From positions 2,520,001 to 2,552,000 of the forward strand of contig NC_006138.1 in the NCBI RefSeq assembly GCF_000025945.1: a DNA stretch of 32,000 nt, in the 5' to 3' direction. Shown piece after piece: positions 1-9,225 of this stretch. The notes under the pieces were generated by a model. That model was not told the origin of the DNA, searched no databases, and worked only from the letters and a program-made list of their open reading frames with translations. Made by a program: the position numbers and the translations under genes. The DNA is from Desulfotalea psychrophila LSv54 (GTDB lineage Bacteria; Desulfobacterota; Desulfobulbia; Desulfobulbales; Desulfocapsaceae). The first letter of the stretch is position 1, and each line of letters opens with the position of its first letter.

Positions 1-1
1 A

Positions 2-181
2 AAGACAATGGGCATAGGAAAAATTATCCAACCAAGCGGCAATATAGAAGAAGATTTTGAGAAAATTGCTGCCTTTTATCATGATATAAAGGGTAAGTAC
101 CCAGAAAAGCAGAGCACCATTGCCATTCGTGCAAACGAGCTCAAACACTTCAAACGAATGCAAGAAGGGCAAAAGAACTAG
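2..181 (+). CDS. 3' end of an unidentified protein-coding gene (5' part lies upstream of the window)
   Basis: The frame is open from the window edge (first full codon at nt 2) to TAG at 179-181, 59 codons: ...GNIEEDFEKIAAFYHDIKGKYPEKQSTIAIRANELKHFKRMQEGQKN*. It is absent from the ORF track because no start lies in the window. No family recognised. Its stop overlaps the stop of the convergent permease gene by 4 nt. Confidence 0.35.
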   Translation, partial: KTMGIGKIIQPSGNIEEDFEKIAAFYHDIKGKYPEKQSTIAIRANELKHFKRMQEGQKN

Positions 182-1077
182 AGGGCCTCTATCTTGGCCT
201 TTTGCGGTATTAGTAAAAAGAGGACTGCAAAAAAGATCAGCACTAAACCTACTCCAGAGAGCAGACAGAGTTTCTCGTCTAAGACAAAGACGGCAAGCAG
301 ACCTGCCGTCATGGGCTCGGTAAGGGCTAGGGTTACGGCGGTGGAAACGGGAACTACCTCTAAACCCTTGACAAAGAGTAGGTAGGCGAGGGCCATGGAA
401 AACAAACCCAGGTGAAGGATCATGACAAAACCTGAGGGGGAGAAAAGCCAGGAAATATCGACATAGAAAAGAACTGGGGTAAGTAACACTGCACCCACAC
501 AAAAGAGCATTGCCGTCACCTCCTCTGCCTCCCTCTCCTGCAAAAGCGTCTTCATTATAAGGCTGGTGCCCGCGTAGGACAAACCAGCACAAAGGGCAAG
601 CAGCACGCCCAGAAAGCTCCCCCATGAATCCGCCCCACCATTTTCAGCAAAGAGGAGCAGGGCGCAGCCACAGAGGGCCACTGTCGTTGACAGGTACCAG
701 ATGAGTCGGGGTTTTTGCCGGAAAAAAATTATTTCAAGAACACCGGCAAAAATAGGGGCTGAACCAATACCTACAATGGTACCCACAGCAACACCCGCCA
801 AAGCCACCCCGGAAAAGAATGTTGCCTGATAGAGAGCCACTAGGGCACCACCCAAAAAAACCAGACCCCAAGGCCAGGAGAGGCTACGCAGGCCACCACG
901 GCAATAACTCATGAGGGCAAGCGCAATGCCGGCAACTATCAACCTCAAGGCACCGACAGCCAGGGGATTGCTTGTACTTGGCCCAAGGGCCTGGGCGGTA
1001 CCCGTTGTCCCCCAGAGCATACCGGCCAGGACAACATACAGGGCGCCAAAAGATATTTTTGTTGAACGTGTAGTCAC
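178..1077 (-). CDS. EamA/DMT-superfamily (RhaT-like) integral membrane permease
   Basis: 299-aa ORF that is hydrophobic almost throughout, with about 10 predicted TM stretches in two similar halves, as in EamA-domain transporters. GTG start at 1077 preceded by GGAGAG 5 nt upstream. Substrate unknown. Confidence 0.8.
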   Translation of the reverse strand: MTTRSTKISFGALYVVLAGMLWGTTGTAQALGPSTSNPLAVGALRLIVAGIALALMSYCRGGLRSLSWPWGLVFLGGALVALYQATFFSGVALAGVAVGTIVGIGSAPIFAGVLEIIFFRQKPRLIWYLSTTVALCGCALLLFAENGGADSWGSFLGVLLALCAGLSYAGTSLIMKTLLQEREAEEVTAMLFCVGAVLLTPVLFYVDISWLFSPSGFVMILHLGLFSMALAYLLFVKGLEVVPVSTAVTLALTEPMTAGLLAVFVLDEKLCLLSGVGLVLIFFAVLFLLIPQKAKIEAL

Positions 1078-1119
1078 AGTCTCTCCATTATTTGTAATAA
1101 AAATGATAACAGTGGTGGA

Positions 1120-1788
1120 CTAATCTTCAACCTTTTCTTTTAATTTTCCTTTATCGACCACCTCTATCGCCCTACCATGAATGACGATAATCCCCTCGCT
1201 AGCAAATTGGCCAAAAATCCTCGACAGGGTTTCAGGAGCTGTCCCCAACAGGCTGGCCAACTGCCCCTTAGATATTTCCAAGCGGAGGGAAAGAGAATCC
1301 TGTTCCTCGGTTAACAAAAGTAAATATTTAGCAAGGCGGTGAGGTACCTCTTGAAGAGAGAGGGCCTCTACTTGTCGGGTGAATTTTCGTAATTTTGTGG
1401 CAAATATAGCAAGAAGGTTAAGCGCCAACTGAGAGTTCCTCTCTATAAGCGATACAAACTTTTCTCTTGGAAAGTAGAGCAGTTCCGTGTCAACAAGGCT
1501 CTCACCATTGGCTGGAAAAGGTTTACCCTGAAAGACAGCTGCCTCCCCAAAGGTCTCTAGATCTTTTAATATATGAAGAATTTGTTCCTTGCCACCCGCC
1601 GATATTTTATAGACTTTCACCCTGCCCGAAACGATAAGATAGAAGCCGTTGCCAGGATCCTGTTCAAAGAACAGGGACGTCCCCCGCTTCACTGAAATTT
1701 CCTTGGTAATTGTGGCAAGTTGAGCCAGTTGTTCGCCGGGGAGACCGGCAAAAAGTTCACAGTTGGCAAGTATACTTTCAATATTCAT
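1120..1788 (-). CDS. Crp/Fnr-family transcriptional regulator (cNMP-binding domain plus C-terminal HTH)
   Basis: 222 aa. The N-terminal beta-roll resembles cyclic-nucleotide-binding domains (LFAGLP...FFEQDPGNGFYLIVSGRVKVYK...GEAAVF). The C-terminal HTH is ISKGQLASLLGTAPETLSRIFGQF. There is no FNR-type N-terminal Cys cluster. It lies 42 nt upstream of the permease gene on the same strand, so they may form an operon. Confidence 0.85.
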   Translation of the reverse strand: MNIESILANCELFAGLPGEQLAQLATITKEISVKRGTSLFFEQDPGNGFYLIVSGRVKVYKISAGGKEQILHILKDLETFGEAAVFQGKPFPANGESLVDTELLYFPREKFVSLIERNSQLALNLLAIFATKLRKFTRQVEALSLQEVPHRLAKYLLLLTEEQDSLSLRLEISKGQLASLLGTAPETLSRIFGQFASEGIIVIHGRAIEVVDKGKLKEKVED

Positions 1789-1930
1789 ATTTTCTTAAAA
1801 CCTCTTTTTTTACAATATGATAGCAAATCATCAATAAAGAAACAGCATAAATGATTCTTGAATTTTTTTAATAAGTATTTAAATTAGGTTCCCATTTAGG
1901 AGAGAGAATTACCTCAAACTTCAGGGCAAG

Positions 1931-3061
1931 ATGTATATGCGCAAAATAATCCATATTGATATGGACGCCTTTTTTGCCTCAATAGAACAACGAGACAGGC
2001 CAGAATTGCGTAAAAAGCCCCTTATCGTTGGTGGCCTTCCCCGCGGACGAGGGGTGGTTGCGACATGTTGTTATGAGGCACGACGTTACGGCATCCACTC
2101 GGCCATGTCAGCAAATAGGGCATACAAACTTTGCCCCCACGCCGTTTTTGTTAAACCACGAATGGTGCTTTACAAGGAGGTGTCCCTGCAAATAATGGCT
2201 ATATTCAGGGAGTATACCAAGAAGGTAGAGCCCCTTTCCCTTGATGAGGCCTTTTTAGATGTGACCGAATATCTCCAGATAAATGGTTCTGCCACCCTGC
2301 TTGCCCGGGAGATATGTGCCCTCATTAAGCTACGCACTGACCTTAGCGCATCCGCTGGAGTTTCTTATAACAAGTTCCTGGCAAAAATTGCCTCTGATTT
2401 AAAAAAACCAGGGGGAATAAGCACAGTCCCCCCCGAAGAGGCCCGCCAATTTATAGACAGACTCTCCATTGGTAAGTTTTATGGGGTGGGTAAAATCACA
2501 AAAAGCAAAATGCAAAGCCTCGGCATCCAAACAGGAAAAGATCTCCGCCAGTACAGTAAAGATTTCCTGATGAAGCGCTTTGGCAAGGCCGGATCATTTT
2601 TCTTCTACAACGCCAGGGGTTTAGACGAGCGCCCCGTATGCCCTTATCAAAACAGAAAATCAATAGGTAAGGAGACAACCCTTGTTCAAGATACAAACAG
2701 ACCGGAAGAGATAAGAGATATCCTCATTAATTTAAGTTCTCTTCTAGGCAAGGCATTAGAGAATAATAGTCAACTGGCCCAAACCCTCACCCTGAAAATA
2801 CGCTATAGCGACTTTACAACAACGACAAGATCTCTGAGCCTGCAAAAGCCATTTTCCTGCCCGGCAGATATAGAAGAGTGTTTGCCATCTCTTCTTACGA
2901 ATTGCAACCTCACCCATAAACCAATCCGTCTTCTCGGAATTAGCCTGAGTAAACTCACATATATTGGGTCTGCCCCACGGCCAATCCCCCTACCTTTCCC
3001 CAAAGACAGAAGATCTAACTGTCTCAATAGGTTCTTCGCTATAAAAGAAGAGAGCCCTTAA
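1931..3061 (+). CDS. dinB: DNA polymerase IV (Y-family translesion polymerase)
   Basis: MRKIIHIDMDAFFASIEQRDRPELRKKPLIVGG is nearly identical in pattern to the E. coli DinB N-terminus; SLDEAFLDVT and the little-finger region are also present. The homologous start is probably the second ATG at 1937; the ORF-track start is 1931. Confidence 0.95.
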   Translation: MYMRKIIHIDMDAFFASIEQRDRPELRKKPLIVGGLPRGRGVVATCCYEARRYGIHSAMSANRAYKLCPHAVFVKPRMVLYKEVSLQIMAIFREYTKKVEPLSLDEAFLDVTEYLQINGSATLLAREICALIKLRTDLSASAGVSYNKFLAKIASDLKKPGGISTVPPEEARQFIDRLSIGKFYGVGKITKSKMQSLGIQTGKDLRQYSKDFLMKRFGKAGSFFFYNARGLDERPVCPYQNRKSIGKETTLVQDTNRPEEIRDILINLSSLLGKALENNSQLAQTLTLKIRYSDFTTTTRSLSLQKPFSCPADIEECLPSLLTNCNLTHKPIRLLGISLSKLTYIGSAPRPIPLPFPKDRRSNCLNRFFAIKEESP

Positions 3062-3171
3062 GCAAAGCACAATTTTTATCCATCGCCCATGGCGAATTAG
3101 GGCAATTTAAGCTAAAATAGCTTAACAACAGATATCTTATCCATTTCCCTCAGAAAAAAGAGAGTATAATC

Positions 3172-4992
3172 ATGTTACCTGCGTTCATTATGAAAATTTT
3201 TAAATTTTTCATTAAAACCCTCAATATACTCCGACTGCTTATCCTCAATTTTTTTTTCTGGGGAATCATTATCTTCTCCCTGGTCCTTTTCATCAACAAA
3301 GAAGAGGCAACCCTTGAGTCAAACAGCATTCTTTTGCTCAACCTTAATGGAAATATTGTTGAAGAAAAGACAGCTCTTTCTCCTCTCACAGGCTTAGCTG
3401 GCGATTACCTTAACAGGGCGCCAAAACAGGAAATGCGCCTGCGAGACATCATCAGGGTGATAGAGCAGGCCGCAAAAGACCCCAAAATAGTGTCTATCCA
3501 GCTTGATACAACCAAGATGGGAAATGCAGGTTTTAATAGCCTTAAAGATATTAGCAAGGCCCTTGATCTTTTCAAAAAGAGTAAGAAAAAGATTATCGCC
3601 ATCCAGGATAATTACTCTCAAAAAGGATACTATCTTGCCGCCCATGCCGATACCATTATCATGAACCCCGTGGGTTTTGTCGGCGTGCATGGACTCAGCT
3701 CCTACCGTCTCTATTTTAAGAGAGCCATAGATAAACTGTTCATCAACTATAATGTTTTTCTGGTAGGAGACTACAAGTCAGCTCTGGAACCCTTTACCCG
3801 TAATTCTATGTCAGGACGAGATAAAGAACAGACAAGAGACTGGCTCACCGACCTCTGGGGAATTTATAGAAATGATATTATCGCCCAACGTGACCTGTCA
3901 GATGCAAACATGCTCTATAACTACACCCACAACCTCCCTGAATTACTGGCAGAGGTTGGTGGAGATAGTGCCAAACTGGCAGTTCAGGCGGGACTTGTCG
4001 ATAAACTCCTGCAGCGTCATCAGGTTTCTCCATACCTAAAAGAGCTTTCATATAACCCCGAGAACACTGTCGATTTCAACCAATATCTGGCAACAATCCC
4101 ACCCCGGGAGTACAGCTCAGAAAAGCCAACCATTGCCGTTGCCATTGCCGAAGGGAAAATTTTACCAGGTCTGCAACCTGCGGGTGTGATTGGTAGTGAA
4201 AGCCTGATTCGAATAATAAAAGAGGCAAGGGATGACGAAAACATCAAGGCCCTTGTTCTCAGAATTAACTCTGGAGGAGGCTCTGCCTTTGCCTCTGAAC
4301 TTATTCGGCAAGAGCTACTGGCCTTCAAGGCAAAGGGAAAGACACTCATCGTATCCATGGGGCGACTTGCCGCCTCGGGTGGTTACTGGATAAGTGCAGA
4401 TGCAGATCAAATATGGGCCTCTCCAGCAACCATTACTGGATCTATTGGTATTTTTGCCGCTATCCCAACCTTTGAAAAGAGTCTTGCTCATCTGGGCATA
4501 TACTGCGACGGAGTAGGTACCAGCCCCCTGGCAGGTGCTACTAACATAAGCAAACCTCTGACAGAGCCCATTAAGGCTGCCCTGCAAATCTCCATAAAAC
4601 ACGGTTATAGACAGTTTATCAATATTGTTAGCATAGGACGTGGCATCGAGCCTGAAAAGGTGGAAGCGATGGCTCAAGGCCACGTCTATTCAGGGAAAAA
4701 GGCCCTGCAGCTTGGCCTGGTAGATAAATTAGGAAATCTTTCCCAGGCAATCGAAGCCGCAGCAATAGAGGCAGGGATCAAGGACTATAACCTCATATAC
4801 CTAGAGAAAGAGCTCTCACTACAGGAGCGAGTTCTGCAACTATTTTCAGCAGGTCTTAAATCAATCAATACAATGACTCAAATAAGCCCGGAGATGGCCT
4901 TTTTCGCAGAGGAAGTCAACAAAACTCAAGAATTCCTAAAAAGTCCTGATCCTCAAGGAATATATGCTTACAGCGGAGATTACCCATATTAA
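3172..4992 (+). CDS. sppA: Signal peptide peptidase SppA, 67K type (tandem S49 domains)
   Basis: 606 aa with an N-terminal TM anchor (LLILNFFFWGIIIFSLVLF), two ClpP/crotonase-like S49 repeats, and the catalytic-Ser motif MGRLAASGGYWIS in the second repeat. Size matches the E. coli 618-aa SppA. An alternative start is at 3190. Confidence 0.9.
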   Translation: MLPAFIMKIFKFFIKTLNILRLLILNFFFWGIIIFSLVLFINKEEATLESNSILLLNLNGNIVEEKTALSPLTGLAGDYLNRAPKQEMRLRDIIRVIEQAAKDPKIVSIQLDTTKMGNAGFNSLKDISKALDLFKKSKKKIIAIQDNYSQKGYYLAAHADTIIMNPVGFVGVHGLSSYRLYFKRAIDKLFINYNVFLVGDYKSALEPFTRNSMSGRDKEQTRDWLTDLWGIYRNDIIAQRDLSDANMLYNYTHNLPELLAEVGGDSAKLAVQAGLVDKLLQRHQVSPYLKELSYNPENTVDFNQYLATIPPREYSSEKPTIAVAIAEGKILPGLQPAGVIGSESLIRIIKEARDDENIKALVLRINSGGGSAFASELIRQELLAFKAKGKTLIVSMGRLAASGGYWISADADQIWASPATITGSIGIFAAIPTFEKSLAHLGIYCDGVGTSPLAGATNISKPLTEPIKAALQISIKHGYRQFINIVSIGRGIEPEKVEAMAQGHVYSGKKALQLGLVDKLGNLSQAIEAAAIEAGIKDYNLIYLEKELSLQERVLQLFSAGLKSINTMTQISPEMAFFAEEVNKTQEFLKSPDPQGIYAYSGDYPY

Positions 4993-5189
4993 AGGATATG
5001 CTGTTTCCTGCCCGGTGCTCTCAGGCAGAAGACGATGCTCCATTTAGATCTGCAGGAGAAGAGATAATAAAGATCTGTCTGTTTCCAGTTATTAACTAAA
5101 TAATACTGTTCTTTTTATGCTATTATTTTTTTAACAGAACAGATAGCATAGATTTCCTATCATCTTTATAAGGAAAATTTTTTCCTGCT

Positions 5190-5219
5190 TTGCATACATA
5201 AAATATGTTGCTTTATAAA
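5190..5219 (+). promoter_or_regulatory. Candidate sigma70-type promoter for the cold-shock gene (TTGCAT, 18-nt spacer, TATAAA)
   Basis: Pattern match by eye only: TTGCAT at 5190-5195 and TATAAA at 5214-5219. It would give a 5' UTR of about 170 nt. Other AT-rich hexamers in this region are also possible promoters. Confidence 0.2.
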
Positions 5220-5392
5220 AATCCTTATGATAAACGATTATTATCTCTTTTAAATTTACAAAGTTAGATCTTGTCCCACAACCATACTGTTTATTATAGT
5301 TTCACTCTTGATAATTTGATTTACCTGCCTAAATATAGGCATTTTTTCTAAAAAGGCCCCCTAAGGGGACTGTCTCAAAAGGAGTTGTAACA

Positions 5393-5593
5393 ATGGCTGA
5401 AGGTACAGTTAAGTGGTTTAATGACGCAAAGGGTTTTGGTTTTATCGAGCAAGAAGGTGGACAGGATGTCTTCGTACATTATTCTGCTATTGGTGGTGAG
5501 GGATTCAAATCACTTACAGAGGGCTCACGAGTAAATTTTGAAATTATTGATGGCCCTAAAGGCCCTGCTGCTGATAACGTTTTAAAAGCTTAG
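5393..5593 (+). CDS. cspA: Cold-shock protein, CspA family (CSD fold)
   Basis: 66 aa. RNP1/RNP2 motifs KGFGFI and VFVHYS are present, and [20 protein letters not shown]... is canonical. AAGGAG Shine-Dalgarno sits 8-9 nt upstream. The paralogue assignment within the Csp family is not resolvable. Confidence 0.95.
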   Translation: MAEGTVKWFNDAKGFGFIEQEGGQDVFVHYSAIGGEGFKSLTEGSRVNFEIIDGPKGPAADNVLKA

Positions 5594-5610
5594 GCTTTTT
5601 TTATCAGTTC

Positions 5611-5646
5611 AAGGCTCTATGCTTTCTGCATAGGGCCTTTTTTTAT
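5611..5646 (+). terminator. Rho-independent terminator of the csp gene
   Basis: A 12-bp stem (AAGGCTCTATGC / GCATAGGGCCTT, one G-U pair) with a 5-nt loop, followed by a T-run at 5638-5645, 18 nt after the stop codon. Confidence 0.8.
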
Positions 5647-5795
5647 ATTCGAGAGTTTTCTCCTTTTTTTTTATCCCGTACTTCTCTATAATCCCCTTTC
5701 AACAAACAAATCTACAACGTCTCAGGGGAGCAAACTTATAATGTTAATGCTTTCCTGCTGTTGACCAAACAAACTATCAGTCCTGAGGTTCTATA

Positions 5796-6746
5796 ATGGC
5801 ATTTACCGATGAATCCCTCTTAATTTTCGATGGAGCCTGTGGCACTACCCTACAGAGCATGAATATCGCACCCTCTGCCTGGGGAGATCTTGCCGGATGC
5901 AATGAATTCCTCAATATAAGTGCGCCGGAATATATTATTGAATTACACAAAAAATTTCTGGAGGCAGGGGCAATGGTTGTTGAGACCAATACCTTCGGTG
6001 CCTCCTCAATTGTATTGACAGAATATGGATTAGAAAACAAGGTCGACGAAATTAACAGAGAGGCGGTAAAAAATGCAAAAAAGGCCATCTCGCAACTTAA
6101 AGACTCCAGCCAACCACGCTATATTGCGGGTTCCATTGGCCCTACCACAAAGCTTCCCTCTCTGGGACACATAGAGACTAAGGTACTTGCCCAATCAATT
6201 CGAGAACAGGTAATAAGCCTGCTGGAGGCGGGTGTAGATGCTCTCATCGTAGAAACCTGCCAAGACCTGCTTCAACTGAAGACAGCCCTCATAAGCTGCT
6301 TTGAGATTTTGGATGTCGCCCCTAAGAAGCTCCCTGTACTTGCCTCGGTTACCTTTGAAAAACAGGGCACCATGTTGCTCGGCACCGATATCGCAGCTGT
6401 CTGCGCAACCCTTGCCCCCTTTCCTCTATTTTCCCTCGGCCTCAACTGCGCGACAGGGCCAACGGACATGGTGTCTCAGATTCAATATCTCAGTCAAACA
6501 TGGGACAAAAGAATATCCTGTATTCCAAATCAGGGTATGCCGGAGCTTAAAGATGGCAAAACCCATTATCCTCTAAGTCCAGAGGAGTATAGCCAGCATA
6601 TGCTTAAGTTTGTCGCAGAGTATGGTGTTTCTATTGTTGGCGGATGCTGTGGCACGGGACCAGAACACATAAGACAACTTGCGACATGTCTACGAGGACA
6701 AAAACCACAGAGACAATTGCAGACTAATACGGAGTCAATAATATGA
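5796..6746 (+). CDS. Homocysteine S-methyltransferase domain protein (stand-alone homocysteine-binding module of methionine synthase)
   Basis: 316 aa with Pfam S-methyl_trans-like hallmarks: LIFDGACGTTLQ, ETNTFGAS, GLNCATGP and the zinc-ligand motif GGCCGTGPEHI. GAGG lies 8 nt upstream of the ATG. The stop overlaps the next start (ATGA at 6743-6746). Confidence 0.9.
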   Translation: MAFTDESLLIFDGACGTTLQSMNIAPSAWGDLAGCNEFLNISAPEYIIELHKKFLEAGAMVVETNTFGASSIVLTEYGLENKVDEINREAVKNAKKAISQLKDSSQPRYIAGSIGPTTKLPSLGHIETKVLAQSIREQVISLLEAGVDALIVETCQDLLQLKTALISCFEILDVAPKKLPVLASVTFEKQGTMLLGTDIAAVCATLAPFPLFSLGLNCATGPTDMVSQIQYLSQTWDKRISCIPNQGMPELKDGKTHYPLSPEEYSQHMLKFVAEYGVSIVGGCCGTGPEHIRQLATCLRGQKPQRQLQTNTESII

Positions 6747-9166
6747 AAGTAACAGAACAAAACAGAGTCCCTGCCCAGGTCTCCAGTCTTTTCCAAGCGG
6801 TAGATATTCACCAGCAGATCCCCCCTCTTATTGTGGGAGAAAGAGCGAATCCTACGGGGTCAAAAAAATTCAGAGAACTTCTCCTCGCAGAGGACTTTGA
6901 GGGCTGTCTACAGGTGGCAAAGGATCAGGAAGAGCTGGGGGCCCATGTGCTTGACGTCTGCGCTGCCTGGGCAGGAAGAGACGAAGTCACTGATATTACT
7001 CGTTTAATTAAAGACTATAGCGGGACACTAAAAACACCGCTCATGATTGACTCGACTAACCCACGAGCAATCAAAGCAGCCCTTGAGGTGTATCCCGGCA
7101 GACCCATCATCAACTCCATAAACCTTGAGGATGGCGGCAAGACCCTGCATGAGGTTCTGACTCTAACGAAAAAATACGGTGCTACCGTTATTGCCCTGAC
7201 CATTGATGAGAGCGGCATGGCCTTGAGCTGCGATGAAAAGATTTCCATTGCCAAGAGAATCCATCACATTGCCACCACGGAATATGGCCTTGACAGCTCT
7301 GACCTTTTCTTTGACCCCCTCACATTTACCGTTGGCTCAGGAGATAAGACCCTCAAAGATGCCGCCGTCCAAACCATGGACGCCATTAAGCGAATCAAGG
7401 TTGAACTGCCAAATTGCCATACCATCCTCGGGCTCTCCAACATCTCCTTTGGGCTTCCACCTGCTGCCAGAAAGGTTCTCAATGCCGTTTTTTTACATGA
7501 GGCGGTGGCAATAGGACTTGATGCAGTAATTATTAACCCGACCAACTGCATCCCCCTGGACTCCATTGACAAGAGGGCAAGAGAACTCGCCCTCGACCTC
7601 CTCTACAATAGAGAGGTCGAAGGGGAGTCTGAGCCTCTCATGCGCTATATTGAATATTTTGCAGAAAATGCAGCGGTGGGAGATCAGGAGGGTAGTCCGG
7701 AGGAGCTGCTCTCGCCGGAGGAGGGCATCCGCAAGGCTATCCTTAAGGGTAGTCGTGAGGGCCTTGAAGACACCATGCAGATACTCCTTGACCAGTATAC
7801 CCCACTGGATATCATAAACCAGCTGTTGGTGCCAAGTATGCGTGAGGTGGGGGAACTCTTTGGCGCAGGTGAAATGCTCCTGCCCTTTGTCTTAAAATCC
7901 GCCGAAATTATGCGCGCCAGTGTTGATATTCTTGAGCCGTATATGGAAAAGGCTGCCAACAGTGAATCCACCAAGATTCTCCTGGCGACGGTGCAGGGTG
8001 ACGTACATGATATCGGCAAGAATCTCGTCAACATCATACTCAGCAACAATGGCTACCAGGTCATTGATATTGGCATTAAGGCATCAATAGAGTCGATCAT
8101 AGAGGCGGCCAAGAGACATGAGGTGGATATGATTTGCCTCAGCGGCCTGCTGGTAAAATCTGCCATTGTCATGCAGGAAAGTATGCCCATCTATAGAGAG
8201 GCGGGACTTACTCAGCCAATTTTACTTGGTGGCGCAGCGCTCACCAAAAAATTTGTAGCCGAGGCCTGCGCCCCAAATTACCCCTCCCCTGTGGTCTACT
8301 GTCAGGATGCCTTCAGTGGCCTTGCTGCCATCCAGCAACATGAGGCGGGAACGCTTGAGACCACAAAATGGCAGGCAAGGGAGACCCAAGAGGTCAAAGA
8401 AGCTAAGACCATCACCATACTGCCAGCCAGGGATATTCCGACACCGCCTCTTGGTAGAGCGGAACTCTCCGTTGCCACATCTGATTTTCTTGATCTGGTA
8501 AAGACCAATACCCTCTTCAGGGGACGTTGGGGCTACAGGCAAAATAAGATGAGCAACGATGAATACGCCCAGCTCATTAGCACGGAGGTAATGCCACAGT
8601 TCGAAAATATCCGCAGGCGAATTTTAGAAGAAGAGCTCTTCCAGGCAAAGATACGCTATGGCTGGTTTCGCTGCTATCGACAGGGAGACTCTCTGACAGT
8701 GCTCGATGGGGAGAGGGAGTATAACTTTCCTCTGCCAAGACAAAAACATGGTCCCCACCTCTGCCTGGCAGATTACTTCAGAGATAAGAATGGGGGAGGG
8801 GACGTGGTTGGCTTCTTTGTCTGCACCATTGGCAAGAAAGTTGCACAGGCATTGCAGCAGCTCTACAGTACAGAGAGTTACCACGATTACTTTTTACTCC
8901 ATGGCTTGAGCGTTAACGCCGCAGAGGCCCTGGCCGAACATGCCCATCTCTGGATGCGGCAGCAGATGGGGAGCCAGTTCGGCGGCAAGAGATATAGCTT
9001 CGGCTATTCCGCCTGCCCTGATCTGGATCTGCAACGGCCCCTCTTTGAACTTCTTCAGGCAGAAAAAATCGGCATCACCCTTTCCGAAGAGCTGCAGATG
9101 GTCCCCGAACAGTCTGTCTCAGCCATGGTCGTCCACCATGACCAGGCCTCTTATTTTGTCGTATAA
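6743..9166 (+). CDS. metH: Cobalamin-dependent methionine synthase, pterin-binding + B12 cap/B12-binding + AdoMet reactivation modules
   Basis: 807 aa. The pterin-binding barrel shows VGERANPTGSKKF, INSINLEDG and SNISFGLP. The B12-binding motif is DVHDIGKN...SGLL. The C-terminal activation domain aligns with the E. coli MetH C-terminus (CLADYF, GYSACPDL, SVSAMVVHHDQASYFVV). Confidence 0.93.
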   Translation: MKVTEQNRVPAQVSSLFQAVDIHQQIPPLIVGERANPTGSKKFRELLLAEDFEGCLQVAKDQEELGAHVLDVCAAWAGRDEVTDITRLIKDYSGTLKTPLMIDSTNPRAIKAALEVYPGRPIINSINLEDGGKTLHEVLTLTKKYGATVIALTIDESGMALSCDEKISIAKRIHHIATTEYGLDSSDLFFDPLTFTVGSGDKTLKDAAVQTMDAIKRIKVELPNCHTILGLSNISFGLPPAARKVLNAVFLHEAVAIGLDAVIINPTNCIPLDSIDKRARELALDLLYNREVEGESEPLMRYIEYFAENAAVGDQEGSPEELLSPEEGIRKAILKGSREGLEDTMQILLDQYTPLDIINQLLVPSMREVGELFGAGEMLLPFVLKSAEIMRASVDILEPYMEKAANSESTKILLATVQGDVHDIGKNLVNIILSNNGYQVIDIGIKASIESIIEAAKRHEVDMICLSGLLVKSAIVMQESMPIYREAGLTQPILLGGAALTKKFVAEACAPNYPSPVVYCQDAFSGLAAIQQHEAGTLETTKWQARETQEVKEAKTITILPARDIPTPPLGRAELSVATSDFLDLVKTNTLFRGRWGYRQNKMSNDEYAQLISTEVMPQFENIRRRILEEELFQAKIRYGWFRCYRQGDSLTVLDGEREYNFPLPRQKHGPHLCLADYFRDKNGGGDVVGFFVCTIGKKVAQALQQLYSTESYHDYFLLHGLSVNAAEALAEHAHLWMRQQMGSQFGGKRYSFGYSACPDLDLQRPLFELLQAEKIGITLSEELQMVPEQSVSAMVVHHDQASYFVV

Positions 9167-9173
9167 AAAAAAA

Positions 9174-9203
9174 GGAGGCGAAGAGCTTCTGCTCTTCGCC
9201 TCC
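9174..9203. terminator. GC-rich hairpin between convergent metH and malic-enzyme genes (intrinsic terminator, clearest for the minus strand)
   Basis: A perfect 13-bp stem (GGAGGCGAAGAGC / GCTCTTCGCCTCC) with a 4-nt loop. The A9 run at 9166-9173 reads as a U-tract after the hairpin on the minus strand (maeA). On the plus strand no U-tract follows. Confidence 0.75.
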
Positions 9204-9225
9204 CCATTACCCAATCAAGGTCAGC

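Noticed and set aside
1789-1930. A LexA (SOS) box upstream of dinB.
   Set aside because: No CTGT-N8-ACAG is present. The only GGTT-containing stretch (GGTTCCCATTTAGGAGAG) fails the Geobacter-type GGTTNNCNNNNGNNNACC pattern at the G and ACC positions.
5647-5795. A SAM or cobalamin riboswitch in the 150-nt leader of the methionine synthase genes.
   Set aside because: I could not find the conserved cores (the SAM-I GAGGGA...CCC/GCAACC pattern or the B12 box GCCACTG-like element), and the region is short and AT-rich. A covariance-model scan (Rfam) would be the decisive test.
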